Source: a virus. Taken from it: a DNA stretch of 64,000 nucleotides. The notes below the pieces were generated by a model, which saw only the letters and a program-made list of their open reading frames with translations, was not told where the DNA came from and did not search any database. Numbering within the stretch: the stretch's first letter is position 1; each line of letters opens with the position of its first letter. Below are positions 1 to 8,666 of the stretch, one piece after another. Made by a program: the position numbers and the translations under genes. The stretch lies in the UHGV virus genome UHGV-0049167. One strand, written 5' to 3'.

Positions 1-254
1 ATCATTTTATCAACGTCTTCCCTGATTTCAGACTTAATTTTTTCTTTATTATGAACAGCGTAAAATATATTCCATCCTATAAGTATTGTAACAGTAATAG
101 CCAACACGTCAACTTGAATGTCTGTTTGCATTTCTTTTGGACTGTCAGTTGAAATACACAGCATTCCTATGATTGAAGCAATCGCCAATGCGCAAGTAAT
201 AATACTTACACATATCAAGGCATTGGCAACATTCATCTTCGTTTCTGAATCCAT
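1..254 (-). CDS. small hydrophobic protein, N-terminal part (gene runs off window start)
   Basis: ATG at 254 on minus strand, frame open to window edge; translation MDSETKMNVANALICVSIITCALAIASIIGMLCI... contains a hydrophobic helix. Confidence 0.3.
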   Translation of the reverse strand, partial: MDSETKMNVANALICVSIITCALAIASIIGMLCISTDSPKEMQTDIQVDVLAITVTILIGWNIFYAVHNKEKIKSEIREDVDKM

Positions 255-292
255 ATTATTCGAGCATATATTTAATAATTTCCTTTTTCAAT

Positions 293-1039
293 TTATTTAG
301 TTGGCATCCCTAAAACCATTTGCCCGTGTGAATTATTTAAGACAAATTCGTATTTGATTTTAATGCCAAAACTTTGATTACATTTCCATATCAAATCCTG
401 CAAATAAAAATCATTTAATCCGCCGTTTGTAATAATTAAACCATTCTTTTCTTTTTCGTGAGAAGTTACACAAACAATGGATGCTGTTAATTTTAGTGAA
501 TTATAATATTGCTCTACGAATTTTTGAACTTTATCATTCTTTTGCGGAGAATTAAATTTTAATACAAGCATATTATTTATTCTTCCTCCTTTTGGGTCTA
601 TTGCAGGGTTGTTTTTCAATATTTCAATCTCTTTATTAAAGTTAGTTTTGATATCAGAAATAGTTTTATCTGTTTGTATAGCCTTTTCCTTTATTCCATC
701 TTTTAGTTCTTTGGCATTTATTATTTGCCAACTAACGGTAAAAACTACAAGTAATGCCAATATGCCGACTATGGCACCGATGTAATCGAAACCTAACTGA
801 TTAGGATGTGTCATACATAAGGCTGTAATACTAAAAAATAGAGCTAAGAAATTTGTACATACAAGAATAAAAGACTTTATACCTGTGGTTTTCTTTTTAG
901 CAAAATAAATAACAAATAAAATTAAAATCAAAAAGATTGCAACATCAATAACGTCGTTGTACTTATTTATAATATCGCCAATGCACTTAATCCATTGACA
1001 ATTTAGTAATAAACTCATTATTGTTGGTGAAGTTCCCAT
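293..1039 (-). CDS. integral membrane protein (N-terminal TM helices plus soluble C-terminal domain), function unknown
   Basis: 248-aa ORF; hydrophobic segments FLILILFVIYFA, FILVCTNFLALFFSITALC, IGAIVGILALLVVF; 1-nt gap after upstream regulator gene. Confidence 0.55.
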   Translation of the reverse strand: MGTSPTIMSLLLNCQWIKCIGDIINKYNDVIDVAIFLILILFVIYFAKKKTTGIKSFILVCTNFLALFFSITALCMTHPNQLGFDYIGAIVGILALLVVFTVSWQIINAKELKDGIKEKAIQTDKTISDIKTNFNKEIEILKNNPAIDPKGGRINNMLVLKFNSPQKNDKVQKFVEQYYNSLKLTASIVCVTSHEKEKNGLIITNGGLNDFYLQDLIWKCNQSFGIKIKYEFVLNNSHGQMVLGMPTK

Positions 1040-1040
1040 A

Positions 1041-1457
1041 TCAGCAATTACTTAATAATATTCTTTTATTTAACTCAACTATGGTTTTCATTATATTCTG
1101 CGCCTCCTCCAACAGAGATTGGTGCTTTTCGTAAAGCATATTCATTTCTTTCATTAAAGCAACCTTATCTTCCATTGAAAGATTTTCGCAGTTTGCTATA
1201 TTTTTGCTATCGTTTGCTATATTCTTGCTATGTTCATATTTTAGTCCGGCACCATTTACAAGCCATTCCCTGCTCACACCCATCTTTTCACAAATAGCAT
1301 TTATTAGTGGGTCGGGATTGCGTACACCTCGCAATATTGAAGATATTGTCGATTGAACAACGCCAGTTATTTCCGCTAAACCAATTTGATTCAGCGAATG
1401 CTCACGCATTATATCCTTTATGCGATTGCATATTTCAGTATTACGATTTTCTATCAT
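1041..1457 (-). CDS. XRE-family helix-turn-helix transcriptional regulator (repressor-like)
   Basis: N-terminal HTH-like segment LNQIGLAEITGVVQSTISSILRG; coiled-coil-like C-terminus; contains in-frame 21-bp tandem duplication. Confidence 0.75.
   Translation of the reverse strand: MIENRNTEICNRIKDIMREHSLNQIGLAEITGVVQSTISSILRGVRNPDPLINAICEKMGVSREWLVNGAGLKYEHSKNIANDSKNIANCENLSMEDKVALMKEMNMLYEKHQSLLEEAQNIMKTIVELNKRILLSNC
1191..1232. repeat. 21-bp tandem duplication x2 (19/21 identical) inside regulator gene, giving four TTGCTAT motifs at 10-11 bp spacing
   Basis: gtttgctatatttttgctatc / gtttgctatattcttgctatg read directly; encodes SKNIAND/SKNIANC. Confidence 0.8.
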
Positions 1458-1459
1458 GG

Positions 1460-1471
1460 CAAATATATTTG
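1460..1471. promoter_or_regulatory. 12-bp perfect palindrome CAAATATATTTG abutting the regulator start codon; candidate operator
   Basis: Palindrome read directly; half-site CAAATATA recurs at 1603-1610; about 15 such palindromes expected by chance in 64 kb, so position is the only support. Confidence 0.3.
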
Positions 1472-1661
1472 TGCTAATAATATGTTAATTAAAGCATTTA
1501 TATCGCATGTATTGCTTTATTATTGCTATATTTGCACCATTGAAATACAAAAACAGCGGTGTGGGGAGCGATGTTTATCGCACCTTTGGAACTTGACACT
1601 TGCAAATATAACGAAAATATCGCAAACCACACCTTGTTTTATATGAAATATATAAAGAATT

Positions 1662-1901
1662 ATGGATAAAAAAGCGGTAGTAACGGTAGACGACATCTTG
1701 CAGATTAAGCCCGGCACGTTTCGGGTGTTCTACTGCGGCACGGCATTGCAATGCCGCAGCGCACAGTCGCAGGTGCAATACGCAAAGCGTTATCGCAAGC
1801 CCGACGATGTGGGCGACTACACGACAAAGTGCGACTATGACAGATGCACGGTAACGGTGTCAGCCCTGCCCGTGATTGAAATGAAAGAGGTGAAACAATA
1901 A
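1662..1901 (+). CDS. hypothetical protein
   Basis: 79-aa ORF with ATG start, divergent from regulator gene. Confidence 0.45.
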   Translation: MDKKAVVTVDDILQIKPGTFRVFYCGTALQCRSAQSQVQYAKRYRKPDDVGDYTTKCDYDRCTVTVSALPVIEMKEVKQ

Positions 1902-1914
1902 AACAACTAACAAT

Positions 1915-2253
1915 ATGAAGCATTATAATTTTATTTGCGCGGCAACATTGCTGTTCCTTGCAAGCTGCACAAGCGCAACGCAAGACAGACTGCCGAAAAA
2001 TCCGAAAGACAAGGAAGTCTACAAGGACGACAACGGGAGCAGTTGGATATGGAATGCGGCTGCGGCCTGTTGGATGATGAGGGCGGCAAATGGGGCAACA
2101 TATCAATATCACCCTACGACGGGCAGCTTCACAAACGCTTCGGGAGCCAAGGTCACGCCGCCGACCAATGTGTCTCGTGGGCTTGTCGGCCATAGCGGAG
2201 GCGGCAGGGCTGTCTTTGGCAGCACAGGAAGGGGTGCGTCTGTATCAGCTTAA
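1915..2253 (+). CDS. predicted lipoprotein
   Basis: N-terminus MKHYNFICAATLLFLASCTS resembles signal peptide with lipobox Cys; Gly/Ser-rich C-terminus. Confidence 0.55.
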   Translation: MKHYNFICAATLLFLASCTSATQDRLPKNPKDKEVYKDDNGSSWIWNAAAACWMMRAANGATYQYHPTTGSFTNASGAKVTPPTNVSRGLVGHSGGGRAVFGSTGRGASVSA

Positions 2254-2264
2254 GAATATCAACC

Positions 2265-3368
2265 ATGAGACGGATAAACGTAAGGCCGCGCAACGGCTAC
2301 AAGCAAAAAATAGAGGAACTGGGCTTCTGTTTCCATGAGGGCTATTGGAAAGAGGAGGCTTGCTACGAGTTTGGCATGGCGGAGATTGAAGCCATCGAAA
2401 AGGCGACCAACGAATGCTATGCCATGTGCTGCGATGCCGTCCAGCACATGATAGACAGCGAAACGTTCCCAATGGACGGCATACCGCAAAGGCTGAAAGA
2501 CGCCATCGTGGCTTCGTGGGAGAAAGACGACCTGTCTCTATACGGAAGGTTCGATTTTGCTTTCGACGGCAATACGCCCAAGCTGCTGGAGTTCAACGCA
2601 GACACCCCAACATCGCTGCTTGAATGCTCCGTGATACAATGGGATTGGAAGCAAGAGGTGTTCCCCTCGTGCGACCAGTTCAACGGCATACATGAGGCTC
2701 TGGTGCAGAGCTTCCGCGACATACACGGGCGGTATGGCTTCGGAAAATACCACTTCGCCTGCTGCCGCGAAAACCTCGAAGACGAGGAGACCTTGCAATA
2801 CATATTGTCCGCCGCGATGGAGGCAGGGCTTGACGTGGCCGAAGTTTCAATGGAACAAATGCTCCTTGATGATGGCGTGTTCCGTACAGCAAACGGCGAC
2901 AGGGTGGAGTGCTGTTTCAAGTTATACCCATGGGAGTGGATGATGACCGAAAGCCCGGAGGGTTGCATGGCCGACACAGTGTGGATAGAGCCTCTTTGGA
3001 AGTCGCTAATGTCAAACAAACTCCTGCTAAGGGTACTTTACGACCTATATCCCGACTCGCCCTACATACTGAAATGTCAAAACGCCCCCAACGGATTGAA
3101 ATCTTACTGCAAAAAGCCGATATTCGGTCGTGAGGGAGCAAACGTGGTGCTTGTCAAGGATGGCTCTGTACTTGAACAGACTGGCGGTGAATATGGAAAC
3201 GATGGATATGTCTACCAGGAAATTGCCGACATACCATGCTTCGATGGCAAATATCCAATAATCGGCTCGTGGGTGATAGGCGGCGAGGCCGCCGGCATGG
3301 GCATCCGCGAATCGTCAACACGGATAACGGACAACATGAGCGAGTTCATTCCCCACATAATAAAGTAA
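2265..3368 (+). CDS. glutathionylspermidine synthase (GspS) family ATP-grasp-like amide ligase
   Basis: 367 aa; motif RFDFAFDGNTPKLLEFNADTPTS and overall length match my recollection of GspS/YgiC-type proteins. Confidence 0.75.
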   Translation: MRRINVRPRNGYKQKIEELGFCFHEGYWKEEACYEFGMAEIEAIEKATNECYAMCCDAVQHMIDSETFPMDGIPQRLKDAIVASWEKDDLSLYGRFDFAFDGNTPKLLEFNADTPTSLLECSVIQWDWKQEVFPSCDQFNGIHEALVQSFRDIHGRYGFGKYHFACCRENLEDEETLQYILSAAMEAGLDVAEVSMEQMLLDDGVFRTANGDRVECCFKLYPWEWMMTESPEGCMADTVWIEPLWKSLMSNKLLLRVLYDLYPDSPYILKCQNAPNGLKSYCKKPIFGREGANVVLVKDGSVLEQTGGEYGNDGYVYQEIADIPCFDGKYPIIGSWVIGGEAAGMGIRESSTRITDNMSEFIPHIIK

Positions 3369-3372
3369 CGAT

Positions 3373-3552
3373 ATGCTACTATTCAAAATCTCCGTCTTGA
3401 CGTTCAACGTCCTCATAACGCTCGCCTGCTTCTACGGTGTCTACAAGACATGGGCGCAGACAGACGGACAACACGCGATTCTTCTCACAGGGCTGGCGAT
3501 ACTTTGCCTCAATGTCCTGCTGTACACAACTTACTTCTGCATGACAATTTAA
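3373..3552 (+). CDS. small hydrophobic protein (59 aa)
   Basis: ATG at 3373, stop at 3550; translation MLLFKISVLTFNVLITLACFYGVY... is largely hydrophobic; below ORF-track length cutoff. Confidence 0.35.
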   Translation: MLLFKISVLTFNVLITLACFYGVYKTWAQTDGQHAILLTGLAILCLNVLLYTTYFCMTI

Positions 3553-3566
3553 AAAAGGAGGCAGTG

Positions 3567-3857
3567 ATGAAACCCAAATACAAGGTCGGAGAAATATTGA
3601 TTCCACGGCAATTGCCATCCAACTTGGCACTTCCTATGAATATGGATATTATTGCTTTAGTCAACAAACATTCTGGCTGTAAGTTTAAAGTGCAAGAGAT
3701 TGTGAAAGTTGACTCGGCTTTGCATACATGGTTTGAATACCATTTAGTAAAGGAATCGGGGAAGAGAGAGAGAATAACAATATCTGATAGGTATTCCAGG
3801 TACTTCAAGAAATCGAGGCGCATAACATTTAACTTCGGGTACAGACAGTATGATTGA
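3567..3857 (+). CDS. small protein, paralog 1 of a three-gene array (C-terminal ITFNFG motif)
   Basis: Internal ATG at 3567 preceded by AAGGAGG; C-terminus RITFNFGYRQYD. Confidence 0.5.
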   Translation: MKPKYKVGEILIPRQLPSNLALPMNMDIIALVNKHSGCKFKVQEIVKVDSALHTWFEYHLVKESGKRERITISDRYSRYFKKSRRITFNFGYRQYD

Positions 3858-4020
3858 TTGTGACAAATGTATTTTTCATAGCCTGTTTGGGTGCTCACCA
3901 CCCCGCGACATTGACTGCGAGACTGCAATGATAATATCATCTAAAGTACACAAGTCTAACCATTCATGTGGTAAACATATAACATTCAACTTCGGGCAAT
4001 ATGGAAAGGAAGATAGGTGA
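3850..4020 (+). CDS. small Cys-rich protein, paralog 2 (56 aa, not in ORF track)
   Basis: ATG at 3850 overlapping stop of previous gene; translation MIDCDKCIFHSLFGCSPPRDIDCETA...GKHITFNFGQYGKEDR; shares 18-nt repeat with paralog 1. Confidence 0.35.
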   Translation: MIDCDKCIFHSLFGCSPPRDIDCETAMIISSKVHKSNHSCGKHITFNFGQYGKEDR

Positions 4021-4228
4021 GACGTTCTATTTTGAGGGCCACAAGCTGAAAGTAATCGAACGAAAAGTTTGCGAAGGTTGCTTCTTCGCGCGACTGCCGT
4101 GCGAGCAGAAACGTTACCTTGACGTTCATGGATATTGCGCAAAATCAAGGACAGACGACCATTTTGTCAAATTCATAGAAATAACGCCAATGTCTACCCG
4201 CAAGCACATAAAGTTCAACTTCAAATAA
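4001..4228 (+). CDS. small Cys-rich protein, paralog 3
   Basis: 75 aa; CEGCFFARLPCEQ...C and C-terminus HIKFNFK resembling the other two. Confidence 0.45.
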   Translation: MERKIGETFYFEGHKLKVIERKVCEGCFFARLPCEQKRYLDVHGYCAKSRTDDHFVKFIEITPMSTRKHIKFNFK

Positions 4229-4242
4229 ACAATAAAAACAAT

Positions 4243-4644
4243 ATGGTAATGCACAAGGTAATACCAATCGAGATATACAACACCGACCTGCTGGTGTGCT
4301 TCGGCGACGTGCAAGGCGTAAAAGAAGCCTTGCAGGAATACATCGGCGATGAAAAGGCGGAGGAGACAATGCGCAACTTCGGAAAAGTGCGCGAATCCAC
4401 GCTTGCGCGAACTTGCATGGCTGCGAACGGCGGAGTGCTACTATGGATGCCATCGATACCCGACAATACAAAGGATTACGCGACGCTGGCGCATGAGGCA
4501 CTTCACGCTGCTGCTTATACAATGAGAAAGGCAGGCGTACCGTTCTCCACCGACACGGAAGAAGCATACGCCTACCTCATAGGTTACATAACATTGCAAA
4601 TAGAGGAGTTTATCGCCGCTTGCCAACAGGGCGGTGTTCCTTGA
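4243..4644 (+). CDS. small protein with HExxH motif (HEALH); possible minimal zinc-metallopeptidase fold
   Basis: Internal ATG at 4243; motif TLAHEALHAAAYTM. Confidence 0.45.
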   Translation: MVMHKVIPIEIYNTDLLVCFGDVQGVKEALQEYIGDEKAEETMRNFGKVRESTLARTCMAANGGVLLWMPSIPDNTKDYATLAHEALHAAAYTMRKAGVPFSTDTEEAYAYLIGYITLQIEEFIAACQQGGVP

Positions 4645-4843
4645 CCGTCGTACTCTTGTGCCTTTCGGCATACTTCTGAGTGACAAACTGCCCGGTCTTA
4701 GCGTCGCGGTAAAGCTCCTTTTCGTCAGTCTTTGCCATAAGCGAATAAGATTATAGGGATTCACGGCAATATCGCCGCTTACAGGAATCGTGGCAAACAC
4801 CATGCCAACGAATAAGATATAACAATTTAAAAACAAAATAATT

Positions 4844-5149
4844 ATGAAACGAATTACAGCTTACTTGAAAGACAAGATTGCCAACATCAAGGCCGAGAAC
4901 AGAGAGAAAAGAATCTATGCGACCATCGAGACTGCAAAAATCAACAAGGAGGGCGAGATTGCAGACGCAGAGGTTGGTATTGAGAAAGCCATCGAGGAGC
5001 TTGCCAGCACCGACAACGTGGGCGAAGTGATACAGCGCATATCTGACTACATGGACGACAAGGAGGAGGCGCAGCGCGGCATTGAGCGGCTGGAGGAGAT
5101 TAAGAAGTTCCTCTCCGAGGACATCGACACGGAGGCCGCAGAAAAATGA
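4844..5149 (+). CDS. hypothetical acidic coiled-coil protein
   Basis: 101-aa ORF rich in E/K/D. Confidence 0.45.
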   Translation: MKRITAYLKDKIANIKAENREKRIYATIETAKINKEGEIADAEVGIEKAIEELASTDNVGEVIQRISDYMDDKEEAQRGIERLEEIKKFLSEDIDTEAAEK

Positions 5150-5245
5150 AGCACACTAAGATAAAACACCGATTGGCGGCAAGCGTGAAATTTGATGGTT
5201 AGACGCTTAAAATTGCTTGCCGCCCCGATTTAATAAACAAGAAAT

Positions 5246-5461
5246 ATGGCAACACCAACGATAACAAGCAGGGGCAAAGTCCTCGAAGTTGAAAAAGTTT
5301 GGCTGAACAGCAAAGAGGCAGAAGCTTACTTGGGTATGTCGGCAGACTTTTTCAAGGATTTGAGAGCCAATGGGCAAATCCGCTTCTACAAGGTGCGTGG
5401 CGCGATATTTTACAAGAAGTCTGACATCGACAGGCTTGTCGAAAAAAGCAGGGTTGTTTAG
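5246..5461 (+). CDS. small helix-turn-helix DNA-binding protein (excisionase/MerR-like)
   Basis: 71 aa; segment WLNSKEAEAYLGMSADFFKDLRANGQIRFYKV resembles Xis-type HTH. Confidence 0.5.
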   Translation: MATPTITSRGKVLEVEKVWLNSKEAEAYLGMSADFFKDLRANGQIRFYKVRGAIFYKKSDIDRLVEKSRVV

Positions 5462-5462
5462 A

Positions 5463-5639
5463 ATGAACAAAGAAAGGAGACCCATAAAGCTCCGCTACGG
5501 CAAGGTGAAAGCATTGGCAAAGATATTCGGATGCTCGCGGATGACGGTTGAGCGCGCCCTACGGTGGGAGTTCGACACGGAACTTGCCGACAAAATACGC
5601 GAAAGGGCGGAGAGACTTGGGTTTATAAAAAGGTATTAG
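5463..5639 (+). CDS. small basic protein, possibly DNA-binding
   Basis: Internal ATG 1 nt after previous stop; 58 aa; KIFGCSRMTVERALRWEF resembles an HTH. Confidence 0.35.
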   Translation: MNKERRPIKLRYGKVKALAKIFGCSRMTVERALRWEFDTELADKIRERAERLGFIKRY

Positions 5640-5896
5640 CTATATCCATCATCAGGCACGGCGGTGCCAAGAAGTATTTCCATAAACTAAAGTTAAAACA
5701 TCATGCGTATGCCGCCCGTGAGGGTGGCATGCCTGAGCCGCCGGACAGTAAGGCTGTCATTACGCTTCGAGCGCGTCGGCGGCGCAACATGACAGGACTT
5801 TCTTTGACATATTGATATACGAAAGTAGAAGCCACGGACGAGACGGCAATCCATGACCCCGTGGCGAGGACTACGAGTAGGGCTGGAATAAAAAAT

Positions 5897-5915
5897 GAGG
5901 CGAGAACACCGCCTC
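5897..5915 (-). terminator. candidate intrinsic terminator (6-bp GC-rich stem, 7-nt loop, U6 tract on minus strand)
   Basis: gaggcg-agaacac-cgcctc with aaaaaa immediately upstream on plus strand (UUUUUU after hairpin on minus). Confidence 0.3.
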
Positions 5916-6139
5916 TTTAAAATATAATCAAGATTGTCGCCTGTCTTATACGGTGACAAGCGTGCGGTATGTAAAACTCCGCACGTCGGTTTGAACGAAC
6001 AATTCAGTCTTGGCTAAATGCTACGAAATGAGTCCGTCCCTGTTATTTTGTTAGGGGAAAGGTTATAAAGGGTGCGGTGTGGGCGACCGCTTCGGCTGAC
6101 GCTATGTACTGTAATATATGAATATCCCCGCGCTGTGCG

Positions 6140-6898
6140 CTATGGCACTGCTCCCGAAGAGGGCGCGGGGAACTGACCAACCAGCAGATTTTGGAGCTTG
6201 TACAATGAAAGAGAATAGCTATCATCCGCAGTATTCCGGAGATGACGGAAAAGAGCGTCAAGCGACGACCAGCGTCGCATGTCCCCGAATTGAAGGATTA
6301 TCTTCCACAGACAAGGATTCTTCTGAAAGAGAGGCAGCATCGTCGTTGATAGATTTGAGTAAATTCCCCGTTGGTACAAAGGTTGTCCGAGTTTATCCAG
6401 ATTTTGTTTTAGATATTCCCGACAGTTACTTTGAACGGTGCCGAGGTTTGCATTGCGGCAGTTCACAATCCAATCCTTTACGTGGTTATCTATCCGAAGA
6501 ACACCGCAAAGAGCAATTAGCCTATCTAAATGGCAGATTGCCGACAAATCGCAAATAGTCTCTTCGAACCACATCAAGCCGGTAACATTACCTGACGTGT
6601 TCCCGTTTATGAGGTGATGGCAGTACTCATGGGCAAATTGATATACCCACCGCCACAAGTCATCTCCTTTCACATGCAGGCATATGCGGTGTCCGGCTTC
6701 CCCCATACTGTAAATCTCAGGATGCCCGTCCTGATAACATATGATGCAATTGCTTGTGGTAAAAGCTTGGGTGCCTATCCAACTGGAAAAGTCTATTTGT
6801 ACTTGTTGCAGCAGCCTATGTACAATATGTTTATTATACGTTCCAAATTTGGGGTCTTCGGCTACGTAAATGTTGTCGGATATTCTGTTTGCTTTCAT
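6140..6898 (-). CDS. HExxH-motif protein, possibly ImmA/IrrE-like metallopeptidase domain
   Basis: Internal ATG start MKANRISD; motif QFAHEYCHHLING resembles HELGHILMH of the ImmA fusion at 27041-28096; a plus-strand ORF overlaps (see rejected). Confidence 0.4.
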   Translation of the reverse strand: MKANRISDNIYVAEDPKFGTYNKHIVHRLLQQVQIDFSSWIGTQAFTTSNCIICYQDGHPEIYSMGEAGHRICLHVKGDDLWRWVYQFAHEYCHHLINGNTSGNVTGLMWFEETICDLSAICHLDRLIALCGVLRIDNHVKDWIVNCRNANLGTVQSNCREYLKQNLDKLGQPLYQRGIYSNLSTTMLPLFQKNPCLWKIILQFGDMRRWSSLDALFRHLRNTADDSYSLSLYKLQNLLVGQFPAPSSGAVP

Positions 6899-7071
6899 AA
6901 GTTTTATTTGGCACAGCAAAGATACTAATAAATTGCACACGCATATGTTTTGAACAAGGTTTTATTTGGCGATTTAATCTCAGTGTGTGCAAATTCCCGT
7001 ACCCTTTTGTGAGGGTTGTAAGCGTCCACACCGGAACACGCACGGGAACCACACCAACTATATTATTATTT

Positions 7072-7284
7072 ATGTACCAGAAAATTCTTTTAGTTTCGGT
7101 ATGGCTGGTTGTTTCACTTCTCGTCGTTTCGCTTTTATGTGAAATGCTCTCGGCAAGCGACACCATATCCAACATGTGCGGCTTCGTGCTTCTGATAGCA
7201 TACGCCCTGCTAAGCGTCAAGACACGGTTATTTACAAAATTCAAGTTCAATAACAAAAACAACAACAAAATCAAGTTCAAATGA
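7072..7284 (+). CDS. small membrane protein (partner of SPFH protein, NfeD-like role possible)
   Basis: Internal ATG; hydrophobic LLVSVWLVVSLLVVSLL and GFVLLIAYALL; ATGA overlap with next gene. Confidence 0.4.
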   Translation: MYQKILLVSVWLVVSLLVVSLLCEMLSASDTISNMCGFVLLIAYALLSVKTRLFTKFKFNNKNNNKIKFK

Positions 7285-8075
7285 AAAAGAAAAACATTTT
7301 TATCATGGCGGTTGCCGCCTTATCCTGCATGTCGTGTTCCGAAAGGATAGATGCAGGCTGCGAGGGCATCTTGGTGAACATGTACGGCGACGACAAGGGA
7401 GTCGACGGCGTGAGTCTTTGCACCGGGCGCGTGTGGTACAACCCTTTCACCGAGGAAGTCTACGAGTACCCGACCTACGTGCAGACGATTGACTACAAGC
7501 CGTTCACAATCAACGCAAAGGACGGCTCGGAGTTCACCATCGACCCGACAATCTCGCTGAAAATAATCGACGGCAGGTCGCCCGTGGTGTTCAAGAAATA
7601 CCGCAAGGAGCTGAAAGACGTAATAGAGGGCACACTTTACAATTACGTGAAAGATGCTTTCCGCATACAGCTCAACCGCTACACTACGGACGAGATTGTA
7701 TCCAACAGGGCGTTGGTGGAAAAGAGCATCGAACAATACTTGTCGCAGACGCTCACAAAGGAGAATTTCAAGCTGGAGCAGCTCACGTCGGGGCTTAAGT
7801 ATCCCGACGTCATCGTCCAAAGCGTCAACGCCAAGAACAAGGCGGTGCAGGAAGCCATGAAGGTGGAGAACGAGCTTAAGGTGGTCGAGGCGGAAGCCAA
7901 GAAGAAAATAGTAGCCGCCGAAGCCGAGTACAAGGCAAACGAGCTGCGCACGAAGTCGCTCACCCCGGCTGTGCTGCAGAAGATGTGGATTGAGAAATGG
8001 GACGGGACAATTCCTACAGTCGTTACTGGAGGAAATTCATCTACATTTTTGGATTTAAGCAAATTAAAAAAATAA
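7281..8075 (+). CDS. SPFH/band-7 (prohibitin/stomatin-like) domain lipoprotein
   Basis: 264 aa; signal/lipobox-like MAVAALSCMSCS; SPFH-like core followed by Ala/Glu/Lys-rich coiled coil. Confidence 0.75.
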   Translation: MKKKNIFIMAVAALSCMSCSERIDAGCEGILVNMYGDDKGVDGVSLCTGRVWYNPFTEEVYEYPTYVQTIDYKPFTINAKDGSEFTIDPTISLKIIDGRSPVVFKKYRKELKDVIEGTLYNYVKDAFRIQLNRYTTDEIVSNRALVEKSIEQYLSQTLTKENFKLEQLTSGLKYPDVIVQSVNAKNKAVQEAMKVENELKVVEAEAKKKIVAAEAEYKANELRTKSLTPAVLQKMWIEKWDGTIPTVVTGGNSSTFLDLSKLKK

Positions 8076-8666
8076 CATGGAAAGAACTTATTTTGAAAGA
8101 CGGCAGCGAGCGTGATAGCGCAGGCCAAGAGTTTAGGCCTCGTAGGCAAGCACGCAGGTAGCAAACCCACAAAAAGGCTTGCACAAGCGATTGGGCATTA
8201 CAGCCAATACTGCTCTAAAATCGAGTAACCATTTCCCGTGCCGCACCGATGTTTTTCTGTCATAATTTGCAAAATCCGGGTGCTGCCCTTCGATGGGAGC
8301 ACGGGAACAATACATATGCTCATATGCAAAGTTTTAGTTTGTAAGACAGAGAGTCCGGAGGGACTCACGATTTCTTTACATCCTTGTCGCGAGGCAAGAT
8401 GTATTCATGTCTATTTTTACTCATATCATACCAGTCTGCTTTGCCGTGAGGCACGGCAGATTTCATGAAAATAGCAAAACCTACATATATATGAACAAAT
8501 CCGTGGTTCCAATTGCATGCGTGGCGTCAGGCACTGTCCACGCGCTGCTTAGCGGTGATGTCACAGCACTCGCCGTGTCACTCATATTCCTTACTTTCAC
8601 CTCATGGCGCGGCATGTACCGCGCATGGCTGCGTATGACACAGTCCTCCGGGAAAGGAGGCGCGCG

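Noticed and set aside
1527-1534. TATATTTG motif resembling a Bacteroidota -7 promoter box
   Set aside because: Host phylum is not established (many genes have AGGAGG sites); a single 8-mer in AT-rich DNA is weak evidence
5564-5959. ORFs 5564-5815 (+) and 5693-5959 (-) in the non-coding stretch
   Set aside because: Arg-rich low-complexity translations overlapping GC-rich inverted repeats; no coding signal
6118-6558. Plus-strand 146-aa ORF overlapping the minus-strand HExxH gene
   Set aside because: Almost fully overlaps the longer minus-strand ORF that carries a recognisable HExxH motif; treated as antisense artefact, though the choice of strand is uncertain
8233-8307. 9-bp inverted repeat TTCCCGTGC / GCACGGGAA about 57 nt apart
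   Set aside because: Inverted repeats of this length are expected by chance many times in 64 kb
8100-8660. Cluster of overlapping short ORFs on both strands (8133-8315, 8238-8468, 8407-8670, 8481-8837)
   Set aside because: Mutually overlapping with no recognisable motifs or ribosome-binding context; region more likely regulatory. Only the ORF starting at 8667 with an AAGGAGG site was kept
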